From the NCBI GenBank assembly GCA_964520045.1, contig CAZFMJ010000003.1, positions 10,272 through 74,271 of the forward strand: 64,000 nt of DNA. Direction: 5' to 3'. The notes under the pieces are model-generated. The model made no database searches. It was not told the DNA's origin and was given only the letters and a program-made list of their open reading frames with translations. The first letter of the stretch is position 1. Each line of letters starts with the position of its first letter. The stretch is from an uncultured Elusimicrobiales bacterium (GTDB lineage Bacteria; Elusimicrobiota; Elusimicrobia; Elusimicrobiales; CAZFMJ01). The position numbers and the translations under genes are program-made. Shown here one piece after another: positions 18,316-27,381 of this stretch.

Positions 18316-19329
18316 TTATATTTTCAGGACTTCCACTTTGGCCACAGAGCGCACATTCCGGTCAACAAAAAAATCCGCCGCTGAAAACAGCGAGAAGCGG
18401 CCCTCTTTATCCCGTCCCCTGTCCAGCAGCAGGAAATCGGCGTTATCTCCCCTGTTGATGATTTCGCTCAGACTGAAAACGGCGCGATAAGAATCCCTTG
18501 AGGAAACAATCACGAGCGCCGAGCCGCAATCCCGCGCGATCACTCCTGCGGCGGCCAAGAAATCCTTAAAGACCATCCCGCTCGGGGTTTTCAGGCCTTT
18601 AAACCCCCTCCCGTGTCCGTAGCCGGTATAGACATACCCGCGTTTCCCAGTAAGCTTGAGCGGTTTTTTCACGATGGTGGTTTTTCCGCCGGCAATGATT
18701 TCAAACTCCGGAGAGTAGGCGGACGAGTGCCTCCTGCCCGGATAATCGCCCGGAGCCGAGCTGACCGTTATCTTGCTGGGATTGGCAATGAAGCGGGTAT
18801 TGTAAAGATCAGCGGAGCAAACCAGGCGCGGAGCTTCCGGAAGGGGCCAAGTTATGTTTTTTTGGGAGGGATTAATCGGACGCGCGGATTTGTATATAAG
18901 GGAAGTAAAGCTGTTTTGGGCGTAATATATTTCGCCCCAGCTGAATACGGCCTTCTCTCCTTTGTCATTTTCCACTATGACGAAAAGATCTACTTCCGGC
19001 TTAAAATCCCCTGTGGTTTTCTTTGCGGCTTTTACGTTCAGTATATCGTACAGCGAATACCCGGAAAAAAAATAAGCGCCTTTGAATTCCGGTCTCCCCG
19101 CTTCAAAGGCCAGCTCCTTTACCGCCACTTCCCGGACCGGTAATAAGGAAAATTCAACCGTCCCCGGGTTTTCGACCTCCCCCCCCAAATAAATACTGCC
19201 GAGCTGATACTCTTTCGCCTGCGCCTTATCATAGAAGCTGTTAGCGGCCGGAAATATTTCCTGAGCAAAAACAGGCGGACATGAAGCAAGCGCCAAGAGA
19301 CCCGCAGTAATCATCCTTACAGTCGTCAT
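18316..19329 (-). CDS. Secreted protein of unknown function with two internal repeats
   Basis: 337 aa with signal peptide MTTVRMITAGLLALASCPPVFAQE. The two halves share ...YSLYDIL...KAVFSWGEI... and ...FKDFL...RAVFSLSEI... modules. Any resemblance to molybdopterin-oxidoreductase-fold domains is only an impression. Confidence 0.6.
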   Translation of the reverse strand: MTTVRMITAGLLALASCPPVFAQEIFPAANSFYDKAQAKEYQLGSIYLGGEVENPGTVEFSLLPVREVAVKELAFEAGRPEFKGAYFFSGYSLYDILNVKAAKKTTGDFKPEVDLFVIVENDKGEKAVFSWGEIYYAQNSFTSLIYKSARPINPSQKNITWPLPEAPRLVCSADLYNTRFIANPSKITVSSAPGDYPGRRHSSAYSPEFEIIAGGKTTIVKKPLKLTGKRGYVYTGYGHGRGFKGLKTPSGMVFKDFLAAAGVIARDCGSALVIVSSRDSYRAVFSLSEIINRGDNADFLLLDRGRDKEGRFSLFSAADFFVDRNVRSVAKVEVLKI

Positions 19330-19378
19330 TTTACCTCCGGTGTTTAAATTCCGCTCAGCCGGACTGTTTCAGCTTCTG

Positions 19379-19433
19379 AATAAGCCGGCGGCGCGGAGGA
19401 TTCCGCCGGTTTCGCTTACGCGACCGGCTTATT
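19379..19433 (-). terminator. Nested GC-rich stem-loop after the MogA/MoaB gene (possible terminator without a clean U-tract)
   Basis: Outer 10-bp arms are aataagccgg (19379-19388) and ccggcttatt (19424-19433). Inner 7-bp arms are ccggcgg (19385-19391) and ccgccgg (19403-19409). The two pairings share 4 nt. Confidence 0.35.
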
Positions 19434-19481
19434 GCCGTTTTTCCGAAGATATCCGCCCACGCGCTTTGACCGCGCTCCGCC

Positions 19482-20018
19482 TTATTTGCTTACGGCAATA
19501 CCATGCCCCTTGCCCCTGACCATATCAAGAGCATGAGGAATAATGTCCGAAATAACAGCCAAAGATTCTTCTACGCCTTTTGGGCTGCCCGGCAAATTAA
19601 TTATGATCGTTTTCCCTCTCATTGCGCTTACCCCCCTTGAGAGGGCGGCATTTTTTGTTTTTTTTACACCCTCCAGCCTGATTATTTCGGAAATGCCTGG
19701 AATTATCTTCCGCGCGATTTCCATTGTCGCTTCGGGAGTAATATCCCGCGGCCCCAATCCCGTGCCGCCGGTGGTAAAAATAATGTCCGCTTTTAATTCG
19801 TCGCAATAAAAAAGAAGCCGCTCTTTTATCAGCTCCAGTTCGTCCGGGATTATCTCGTATCGAATATTTCGTCCGTTAATGGCATTGATAACGTCTAAAA
19901 TAATCCTGCCGCTTTCGTCTTTGCACTCTCCTCTTGAGCATCTGTCGCTTACGGTCAATGCCGCAAACGTAAACTCATCGATGCTCCCGGAATTGCGCCG
20001 TTTTTGATCACTTTTCAT
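19482..20018 (-). CDS. MogA/MoaB family molybdopterin adenylyltransferase-like protein
   Basis: TVSDRCSRGE...FTTGGTGLGPRDITPEA motifs. Start placed at the second Met (MKSDQKRR). Confidence 0.85.
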   Translation of the reverse strand: MKSDQKRRNSGSIDEFTFAALTVSDRCSRGECKDESGRIILDVINAINGRNIRYEIIPDELELIKERLLFYCDELKADIIFTTGGTGLGPRDITPEATMEIARKIIPGISEIIRLEGVKKTKNAALSRGVSAMRGKTIIINLPGSPKGVEESLAVISDIIPHALDMVRGKGHGIAVSK

Positions 20019-20499
20019 GATTAACGATCTCCATTTCATCTCCCGCGGCGATCTCTCCGCCTTTTACTACTCCGGCGAATATGCCTTCTCTGGGCATTAT
20101 GCAGTCTCCGACTTTCTGATACACGGCGCAATATTTATGGCAGTCTTTGCCTATTTTAGAAACTTCCAACAGCGCCTCTTTGCCCACCCTTATTCTCGTC
20201 CCGATAGTTAACCGCGCGAGATCCAGGCCTTCGGTGGTAATGTTTTCCGCAAAATCTCCGGGCCCGAGAGTGATATTTTTCTTTTTGGTCTTAGGGCATT
20301 CGGCTTGTTTTTTGATGCTTTCTATGGCCAGAAGACTTACCTGTCTTAGTCCCGGCCCCGAATGCGCATCTTGTTCCAGCCCGAAGTGTTCTATTAATCT
20401 GGCTTTTTCTACAGCCTCTTTCGGAACTCCTTTTGTCCCGCTGGAATTAATGGAGAATATTCTTCCTTTCGCGTCTCCGGCTTCTTTTGTATATTCCAC
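20008..20499 (-). CDS. MOSC domain protein
   Basis: 163 aa with the SINSSGTKGVPK...GLEQDAHSG...RQVSLL pattern of MOSC domains. GTG start with an AGAGGAGG RBS. Overlaps the moaC 3' end by 53 nt. Confidence 0.75.
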   Translation of the reverse strand: MEYTKEAGDAKGRIFSINSSGTKGVPKEAVEKARLIEHFGLEQDAHSGPGLRQVSLLAIESIKKQAECPKTKKKNITLGPGDFAENITTEGLDLARLTIGTRIRVGKEALLEVSKIGKDCHKYCAVYQKVGDCIMPREGIFAGVVKGGEIAAGDEMEIVNHEK

Positions 20500-20920
20500 T
20501 TCTGCCTCCTCTTTTTTCCACTAGATAAACATCGCATATCTCTATTGATTTCGAGAACATCTTGCACATGTCGTATATGGTAAGAGCTGCGATAGAGCAC
20601 GCGGTCATTGCTTCCATTTCCACGCCGGTCTTGGAAGTAGTTCTAACGGTAGAATCTATGCTTATGCCGTTGTCCCCCGGCGCAAATGCAACATCCGCAT
20701 ATTCTAATCCGATATTATGGCACAACGGGATAAGGCGGGATGTATTCTTCGCCGCTAAAATTCCGGCCGTTCGGGCCGTTTCCAGAACATTTCCCTTAGG
20801 CATATCGTTATTCCCGATTCTTGCAAGCACCCTGTTATCCAGCTTAATAAAGGCATGAGCTTTTGCCATGCGCTTTGTTTCCGGCTTTTCTCCCACATAA
20901 ATCATGCCCGCGTTTTTCAT
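20447..20920 (-). CDS. moaC: Cyclic pyranopterin monophosphate synthase MoaC
   Basis: 157 aa with TARTAGILAAKNTSRLIPLCHNIGL and VEMEAMTA motifs. Confidence 0.9.
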   Translation of the reverse strand: MKNAGMIYVGEKPETKRMAKAHAFIKLDNRVLARIGNNDMPKGNVLETARTAGILAAKNTSRLIPLCHNIGLEYADVAFAPGDNGISIDSTVRTTSKTGVEMEAMTACSIAALTIYDMCKMFSKSIEICDVYLVEKRGGRSGIYKRSRRRERKNILH

Positions 20921-20923
20921 AAA

Positions 20924-21889
20924 TTATCCTCCGATGCTGCTCATTTCTATTCCCCTGCGGGATCCCGATTGTTCCTTGGTATACATCGGTTTTGCGGTTA
21001 TCACATCATTTATGGCTTTTAATAACCCGCTCTCCCCGTTTTTGTTTCTTAAAAAAGGTTTCAGGTCGCAGGTATGCCCGGAAAATAAACACGGCGACAC
21101 TCTTCCCGCGCAGTCGACCCGTATCCTGTTGCATTTGCGGCAGAAATCACGGCTGACACTGCTGATAAAGCCGATAATGCCTTTTGTGTCGCCGATATTA
21201 AAATATTCGGAAGGGCCGCTTCCTTTGATCCGATAAACCTTTTTCATCGCGCCGAATCGTTTAATTATTTCTTTTTTTACGCATTCGTTCTTTACCAAAT
21301 ACCCGGTCAAGCCGTTAAATCTTTTGTTTGTCGGGAAGAATTCGATAAATCTGACGATCAGCGGCCGTTCGAGAGCAAGGCGGGCGAAATCGGCTATTTC
21401 GTCGTCGTTTATCCCTTTCATTATTATAACGTTCAATTTTAAAGGCGACAGGCCGGCCCCGAGCGCCCGCTCTATGCCGGCCCAGACTTTGTCAAAACAA
21501 TTCAGCCCCGTGATGGATTTAAATCTTTCCTTTTTTAAGGTGTCCAGGCTTACATTTATCCTGTCAAGCCCGGCCTTTTTTAAGTTGTCCGCAATACCCT
21601 CGAGATATACGCCGTTCGTGGTCAGGGTTATTTCGTCCAATCCATCTATCGTCTTAAGCATGGTGATAAGATCGGCGATATTCTTTCTTCCCAACGGCTC
21701 GCCGCCCGTCAAACGCAGCTTCTTTATTCCCGCTTTGACAAATGCCCGTATAAGCGTTGCTATCTCTTCATCCCTCAAAATTTTTTCGCGCGCCAGAATT
21801 CTGTCCCTTTCAACGGGAGTGCAGTACAAGCAATTAAGATTGCATCTGTCTGTTATTGAAAATCTCAGGTAATCGGTCTTTATTTCCAT
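20924..21889 (-). CDS. moaA: GTP 3',8-cyclase MoaA (radical SAM)
   Basis: 321 aa with the CNLNCLYC radical SAM motif, the RLTGGEPL motif, and the C-terminal CxxCNRIRV auxiliary cluster motif. Confidence 0.9.
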   Translation of the reverse strand: MEIKTDYLRFSITDRCNLNCLYCTPVERDRILAREKILRDEEIATLIRAFVKAGIKKLRLTGGEPLGRKNIADLITMLKTIDGLDEITLTTNGVYLEGIADNLKKAGLDRINVSLDTLKKERFKSITGLNCFDKVWAGIERALGAGLSPLKLNVIIMKGINDDEIADFARLALERPLIVRFIEFFPTNKRFNGLTGYLVKNECVKKEIIKRFGAMKKVYRIKGSGPSEYFNIGDTKGIIGFISSVSRDFCRKCNRIRVDCAGRVSPCLFSGHTCDLKPFLRNKNGESGLLKAINDVITAKPMYTKEQSGSRRGIEMSSIGG

Positions 21890-23076
21890 AAAAGAATTTT
21901 TACCTTTGATCCTGCTCTAAGACGGCTGATGTTCTTATCAACAACCATAAAGCCGTCCGATTTGGAAAGCGCAAGCACATCCGCCGATCCATGGCAAACA
22001 ACGGGATTGACATGCCAGCCTCCGCTTTTTTTTTCAGCGGCCGCCAGAACAAAATGCGTGCGCCCCGGTTTCTGCCTGAAAGGGCTTGTGAGAATTCCCT
22101 TTTCAAATTTCGGCCGATGGGAAGCGTGTCCGGATATTTTACAGACCGCCGGCCTGATAAAAAGCTGATACGCTAAAAAGTTTGAAACGGGATTCCCTGG
22201 TATGCCGAAGACGAGTGTTTTTGCTTTCCTGCCGAAAAAAAGCGGCTTGCCGGGCTTAATGCCGACCTTGTGGAATATTTTCCTTACTCCCGCGCGCGCT
22301 AAAATTCCGGGCACGAGGTCATAGTCCCCCATGGATACCCCGCCCGAGATCAAAAATATATCGCTTTTAAGACCCCTTCTTACGGCCCGCGTTAATTCTT
22401 CGCGTTCATCTTTTACAATCCCCAGATAACGGGGAGAAATTCCGTCCGACTTAAGAAGCGCCGAAAGCTGGGGACCGTTTGAATTGTATATCCGGCCGCG
22501 GGATAATTTTCCGCCAGGAGGAGTAAGCTCGCCCCCCGTATTCAAAATAGCCGCTTCCGGCCTTTTAATCACTTTTACAAAACGTCTTCCAATGGCCGCC
22601 AAAAGAGCTATGCAGGAGCTGGAAATAACCCTGTTTTTCTCAAGGACTTTACTGCCTTTTTTAATATCTTCGCCTTTAAAACAAATGTTTTGACCTTTGG
22701 ACGCGGAAACCTTTATGGTTATAACTTCAGACGAACTCTCCGCGTCTTCCACCATTACCACGCTGTCGGCGCCCTTCGGCAGGGCCGCGCCGGTCATTAT
22801 CTTTGCGCACTCTCCGGCCAGCACCTTCCTTTTAAAGATTTCTCCGGCCTGAATAAGCCCGATGCATTTTAATTTTACGGGCGCGGACTTAGTGTTTTCC
22901 GCTATAAGCGCATATCCGTCCATGGCGGATTTATTAAAAGGCGGCATCGAAATTTCAGAGTAAATATCTTCAGCCGACACCATTCCCGAAGAATTCTCAA
23001 TTGCAACTTCCTCTTCAAATACCGAAACGTTCTCTAATATTTTTTTAAGGGCCTGCTCAAATGTGATCATGGTCAT
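21880..23076 (-). CDS. moeA: Molybdopterin molybdo/tungsto-transferase MoeA
   Basis: 398 aa with PPFNKSAMDGYA, ISGGVSMGDYD and FGIPGNPVS motifs. Confidence 0.9.
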   Translation of the reverse strand: MTMITFEQALKKILENVSVFEEEVAIENSSGMVSAEDIYSEISMPPFNKSAMDGYALIAENTKSAPVKLKCIGLIQAGEIFKRKVLAGECAKIMTGAALPKGADSVVMVEDAESSSEVITIKVSASKGQNICFKGEDIKKGSKVLEKNRVISSSCIALLAAIGRRFVKVIKRPEAAILNTGGELTPPGGKLSRGRIYNSNGPQLSALLKSDGISPRYLGIVKDEREELTRAVRRGLKSDIFLISGGVSMGDYDLVPGILARAGVRKIFHKVGIKPGKPLFFGRKAKTLVFGIPGNPVSNFLAYQLFIRPAVCKISGHASHRPKFEKGILTSPFRQKPGRTHFVLAAAEKKSGGWHVNPVVCHGSADVLALSKSDGFMVVDKNISRLRAGSKVKILLWK

Positions 23077-24131
23077 CTTTTAATCAAGTGAATCGCCGTC
23101 GCCTTAAAAACCGCAAAAACGTTCTGTCCGGCTCTTAAGCCCAGGCTTTCAATCGACCGGCGCGTAACCGCGGCGGCCAAATTAAATCCGCAATTCAAGG
23201 TCACTTTATATTCCAGGCCGAACGGTTCGATCCGCGCGATGGCGGCCTTAAAATGGTTTCGCGCGCTGTCTGTTTCCGGCAGCTTTGAAACGGTGACGTT
23301 TTCAGGGCGGATGCAGACAAAAACTTCGTCGCCGATCCCGCATTCCGAAACCGCCTCTAAAAACACGTCCCGCACTTTAACGGAACAGAGATTGTCTTCT
23401 TTTTTTACAACCTTTCCCTCCAGAAGCGTCTCTACTCCTATAAAATCAGCGACCGCTTCAGAAGCCGGCCTCAGGAATATATCCTGCGGAGCGCCCTGCT
23501 GTATGATCCGGCCGTCCTTCATTACGGCCAATTTGTCGGCCAAACTTAACGCCTCGGAATGGCTTTGAGTGACAAGCAGCGCGGTGGTCTTATTCCGCTT
23601 AAGTATACCGCGCAGATCCGCAATTAAAGAGCCTTTGTAGCGCTGATCTAAACTTAAGAACGGTTCATCCAATAACAGCAATTCCGGGTCCGTTACAAAT
23701 GCCCGCGCGAGCGACACCCTGCGCAATTGCCCCGCGGAAAGCGTGCCTGTTCTATATTCTCTCAGCTGGTTTATTTTGAAGAGCTCAAGAGTTTCATCCA
23801 CTTTACTCGTATCGCGGATACCGCGCAGGCGGAGAGGCAGGGCAACATTTTTATACACGGTTTCATTCAAAAGATACGCCTGGGGGAACACGAACGAAAG
23901 TTTGCGCCTGAAGCGCAGCGGATTTTTCAAAGTAAGAATATTTTCTCCGGCGACTTCGATCAATCCGCTGTCCGGCTTTTGCAGAAGGGCGATGATGCCG
24001 AGGAGAGTGGATTTCCCCGCGCCGTTGGGGCCGAGTATCGCAAGAGTGCCGGCTTCTTCGGCCCGGAGCTCATCGACGCAAAGCTTGAATCTTTGCGGAA
24101 ATTCCAATTTTAAATTCTCTATTTTAATCAT
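23073..24131 (-). CDS. tupC: ABC transporter ATPase with C-terminal TOBE-like domain (tungstate/molybdate type)
   Basis: 352 aa with Walker A GPNGAGKST, signature LSAGQLRR and Walker B LLLLDEP. 4-nt overlaps with both neighbours. Confidence 0.7.
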   Translation of the reverse strand: MIKIENLKLEFPQRFKLCVDELRAEEAGTLAILGPNGAGKSTLLGIIALLQKPDSGLIEVAGENILTLKNPLRFRRKLSFVFPQAYLLNETVYKNVALPLRLRGIRDTSKVDETLELFKINQLREYRTGTLSAGQLRRVSLARAFVTDPELLLLDEPFLSLDQRYKGSLIADLRGILKRNKTTALLVTQSHSEALSLADKLAVMKDGRIIQQGAPQDIFLRPASEAVADFIGVETLLEGKVVKKEDNLCSVKVRDVFLEAVSECGIGDEVFVCIRPENVTVSKLPETDSARNHFKAAIARIEPFGLEYKVTLNCGFNLAAAVTRRSIESLGLRAGQNVFAVFKATAIHLIKR

Positions 24132-24829
24132 GCTTTCCCCGCTCTGCTTTGCTGAATATAGGTAAGAGCAAGGTTAACTATAAAACTCATCGCAAGCAGG
24201 ATTATGCTTAAGGCAATTGCTATGTCAAAATTGCCCATTTGCGTTTCCAAAACAGTGGCCGTAGTCAAGACGCGGGTCTGCCCTTTGATATTTCCGCCTA
24301 TCATCATTACCGCGCCGACTTCCGAGATTATGCTTCCGAAACCTGCGATTACCGCGGCCGATACCGAAAGCCTGATCTCTTTGATAAGAATGCATATCGC
24401 TTGCCGGGTATCGGCGCCCAACATCAGGATCTGCTGATAAAACTTGGGATCAACCGCCTGGAATGCCGCCAGCGATAATCCGGTAATGATAGGCGCGGCT
24501 ATAATCACTTGAGCAAGAATCATCCCTTTCGGCGTATAGAGCCAATTTAAAAAACCGAACGGGCCGTTCCTTGACAGGGTTAAAGCAACTACCAGCCCTA
24601 CGACCACAGGGGGAAGTCCCATGGCCGTATTTGTAAGCGTAATAACCAGTTTTTTAAGGGGAAACCGCTTAAACGCTATTATTCCGCCCAGCGGAACGCC
24701 GATAACCGTAGCGATCAGAGTGGCGGTTATTGAAACGAACAGGGAGAGTTTTAAAATTACCAGGACATCTTCGTTAAGACTAAAGATAAGCGCCAGACCT
24801 TTTTCAATTCCGCCGAAGATATAATTCAT
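24128..24829 (-). CDS. tupB: ABC transporter permease (tungstate/molybdate type)
   Basis: 233-aa polytopic permease between the binding protein and the ATPase. Confidence 0.7.
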   Translation of the reverse strand: MNYIFGGIEKGLALIFSLNEDVLVILKLSLFVSITATLIATVIGVPLGGIIAFKRFPLKKLVITLTNTAMGLPPVVVGLVVALTLSRNGPFGFLNWLYTPKGMILAQVIIAAPIITGLSLAAFQAVDPKFYQQILMLGADTRQAICILIKEIRLSVSAAVIAGFGSIISEVGAVMMIGGNIKGQTRVLTTATVLETQMGNFDIAIALSIILLAMSFIVNLALTYIQQSRAGKA

Positions 24830-25659
24830 GACGCCGTTGGTTTATGATCCCAAAAGAATAACTGCTGTCCGTGCTTATCCATGCCGAAGGTTTCAATAAT
24901 CTTTCTCGTGTCCCCCGAAAGCAGGAAATCCAATAACGCTTCGGCGCCATGGGCGTTAATCCGGGGAAATTTCGCGGGATTAACCGGGATCAGGCTGTAG
25001 TAATTCAGGAGCGCCGGGTCACCTTCGCAAAGTATGATTAAGTCGACGGTATTCTTTAAAGATATATAGGTCGACCTGTCGCATAATATATACCCCTGCT
25101 TTTCATCCGCAACTCTCAGCGTCGCCGCCATTCCCTGCCCGGCTTCGATATAGCTGTTTTTATCGGGCGAAACTCCGGCTTTTTCCCAAATCTTGTTTTC
25201 TTTCTTATGTGTTCCGGAGTTGTCGCCCCTTGAAACAAATACCGCTTTTGATTTAGCTATTTTGTTAAAAGCATCCGCCGCATTTTTACCGCCCTTTATG
25301 CCGGCGACATCGTTCCTGCTTCCTAAAACAACAAAGTCGTTATGCATAAACGTCGTCCTGCCGGTTCCATAGCCTTCATCCATAAATCTTTTTTCATCCT
25401 CCGGGCTATGCACCCATAGTATATCCGCCTCTCCGTCCTGTCCCATCCTTAAGGCCTGCCCCGTGCCCACCGCTATTGCCTTAAGCGTGTAATCTGTTTT
25501 TTTCTGGAATATATCCGCAAGCACGTCTAAAAGACCCGTGTCCTGCACGCTTGTCGTAGTGGCCAGGATGACGGTCTTATTATCCGCGGTATAACGGATA
25601 AAAAAAATCCCGGAGACTGATACGGCCAATAAGGAGGCCAAAATGGTTTTTTTCAACAT
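24826..25659 (-). CDS. tupA: Periplasmic tungstate-binding protein TupA-like
   Basis: 277 aa with signal/anchor MLKKTILASLLAVSVSG. The ATTTSVQDTGLLD motif contains the TTTS signature I associate with TupA. Confidence 0.65.
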   Translation of the reverse strand: MLKKTILASLLAVSVSGIFFIRYTADNKTVILATTTSVQDTGLLDVLADIFQKKTDYTLKAIAVGTGQALRMGQDGEADILWVHSPEDEKRFMDEGYGTGRTTFMHNDFVVLGSRNDVAGIKGGKNAADAFNKIAKSKAVFVSRGDNSGTHKKENKIWEKAGVSPDKNSYIEAGQGMAATLRVADEKQGYILCDRSTYISLKNTVDLIILCEGDPALLNYYSLIPVNPAKFPRINAHGAEALLDFLLSGDTRKIIETFGMDKHGQQLFFWDHKPTAS

Positions 25660-26424
25660 TTAGATTATCCTTTCCTCGGCGCTATATACGTTCATTCTGC
25701 TGCCACGGGCAAAACCTACGAGCGTTAAATTCATTTCTCTTGCCAGCCTTATGGCCTGATCGGTCGCCGCGGCCCGGGAGATCACTGCGGGCATGCCGCA
25801 TTTTTTAACTTTAAAGACCACCTCCGAGGAAATTCTGCCGCTTGTTATTAAAATTTTATCTTCAAAGGTTTCGTTCTGCGACAGAGCATGTCCTATAACC
25901 TTATCAATGGCATTATGTCTTCCGATATCTTCTCTAAAAACTAAAATACCGCCTTTATTTGCCAATGCGGCGCTATGCACTCCGCCGGTTTTTAAGTATG
26001 TTTCCGAACGCTTTTGAAAATCCGACATCATCGCGCAAATTAAGCCGGCGGCTATTTTAAATCCGGAAATAATTTTTGCTCTGTGCGCGACGTCAAATAC
26101 ATTGTAAAAAAGAGCTCCTTTGCCGCATCCCGAAGTATAAAGCCGCTTAAACATTAATTTCTCAACGTCGGCATCGACCCCCTCGATACAGCAAGACCAG
26201 CGCCGGGTATCGATCAGTATTTTTTTGATATCGCTTAAGTTCCTGATAATTCCGGAGGTAAAAAGAAACCCTCTTACAAGGTCTTCCAGGTCAAAAGGAG
26301 AGCACAGCAGGGTTACAAGCTCATTCTCTGCCAAGTTTAAAGTAAAAGGCACTTCCTGCGCTACCACATCTTCCGCCGTTTCCCTGGCATTCTCTTTTAT
26401 CCTGGTAATTGTGAACGCTTCCAT
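25660..26424 (-). CDS. fdhD: Formate dehydrogenase accessory sulfurtransferase FdhD
   Basis: GGVHSAAL and GRHNAIDKVIG motifs. Start placed at ATG 26424 (MEAFTITRIK), one nt after the upstream stop. The track ORF extends 45 nt further. Confidence 0.85.
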   Translation of the reverse strand: MEAFTITRIKENARETAEDVVAQEVPFTLNLAENELVTLLCSPFDLEDLVRGFLFTSGIIRNLSDIKKILIDTRRWSCCIEGVDADVEKLMFKRLYTSGCGKGALFYNVFDVAHRAKIISGFKIAAGLICAMMSDFQKRSETYLKTGGVHSAALANKGGILVFREDIGRHNAIDKVIGHALSQNETFEDKILITSGRISSEVVFKVKKCGMPAVISRAAATDQAIRLAREMNLTLVGFARGSRMNVYSAEERII

Positions 26425-26425
26425 A

Positions 26426-26764
26426 TCAGAAGATTTCTCCGTAGAGCCGGTCCACGGATAATTTAACATGATGTTCTAAATTAAAGAACTTTTCCAACAG
26501 CTTTTCGGCATATGGCGTCAGTTTCGTATTGCCTCCGCTTGCGCCGCCCTTAGTGCATATAACAAGCTGTCTCCCCAGTCTTTTTTCCGCTGATTTTATA
26601 TAGCTCCATGCATGGCGATAGGACATGTTCAGGCTTTTTGCCGCGCTGTTAATCGAGCCTGTCTTTTGAACGCGGCTTAAAATCGCCGCCTTGCCGATGC
26701 CGAAGACAAGTTTCCCGTCTTTTTCAAGCCAAACCTTTGATTTTGCCCTTAATTTTGTCTTCAT
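26426..26764 (-). CDS. ModE N-terminal-domain-like winged-helix regulator (no Mop/TOBE domains)
   Basis: 112 aa with GSINSAAKSLNMSYRHAWSYIKSAEKRLG, the ModE-type HTH. Confidence 0.7.
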   Translation of the reverse strand: MKTKLRAKSKVWLEKDGKLVFGIGKAAILSRVQKTGSINSAAKSLNMSYRHAWSYIKSAEKRLGRQLVICTKGGASGGNTKLTPYAEKLLEKFFNLEHHVKLSVDRLYGEIF

Positions 26765-27381
26765 ATTGCATCCTTATCGGATAAGCCTTGAATTATTTCC
26801 AGATCTTCTTTCGTGTTTATATTCCTAAAGACGTTTCTGTGAAAAGAGGAGTCTTCTAAATTCCAATAGGCCGCATCTACCGTTTTCATGAAACTTCCTA
26901 TGGAATAATTTCCGCTGTTTTTGACAAAACGGCGGATATCCTCCGCCAGACTTTTTTTATAGATCGCATGAAGCGGCTCGACGCAATCGCCTACCGCGGG
27001 AATAAGGGCGTCGCATTTCTTTGTTTCAAAATACTCGAGCTGCCGCAGAATCAATCCGTTATGCAAAAAAGGCATATCGCAAGCCACAAAAAAAAGCGCG
27101 CTTCTTGAGGTCGCCGACAGGGCGGAATGAATTCCGCCCAGAGGGCCGATATTCCTTATCGCATCTTCGGTTATAACGGCCTCTTTTTTATATGATTCAA
27201 ATTCCGGGGGAGAATTGGTCACTAAAATGATTTCGCCGAATATTTCTTTTAAAAGCCCGATCGTCCGCTCAATGACAGGAACGCCGTTTATCCGGACAAA
27301 TGCCTTATTTAATCCCTGCATCCTTGAGTTTTTTCCGCCGGCCAATATCGCCCCCGCTATATCTGCGATCTTGCCCTTCAA
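26761..27381 (-). CDS. mobA: Molybdenum cofactor guanylyltransferase MobA
   Basis: 206 aa with the AILAGGKNSRMQG N-terminal motif and PLHAIY. Confidence 0.85.
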   Translation of the reverse strand: MKGKIADIAGAILAGGKNSRMQGLNKAFVRINGVPVIERTIGLLKEIFGEIILVTNSPPEFESYKKEAVITEDAIRNIGPLGGIHSALSATSRSALFFVACDMPFLHNGLILRQLEYFETKKCDALIPAVGDCVEPLHAIYKKSLAEDIRRFVKNSGNYSIGSFMKTVDAAYWNLEDSSFHRNVFRNINTKEDLEIIQGLSDKDAI

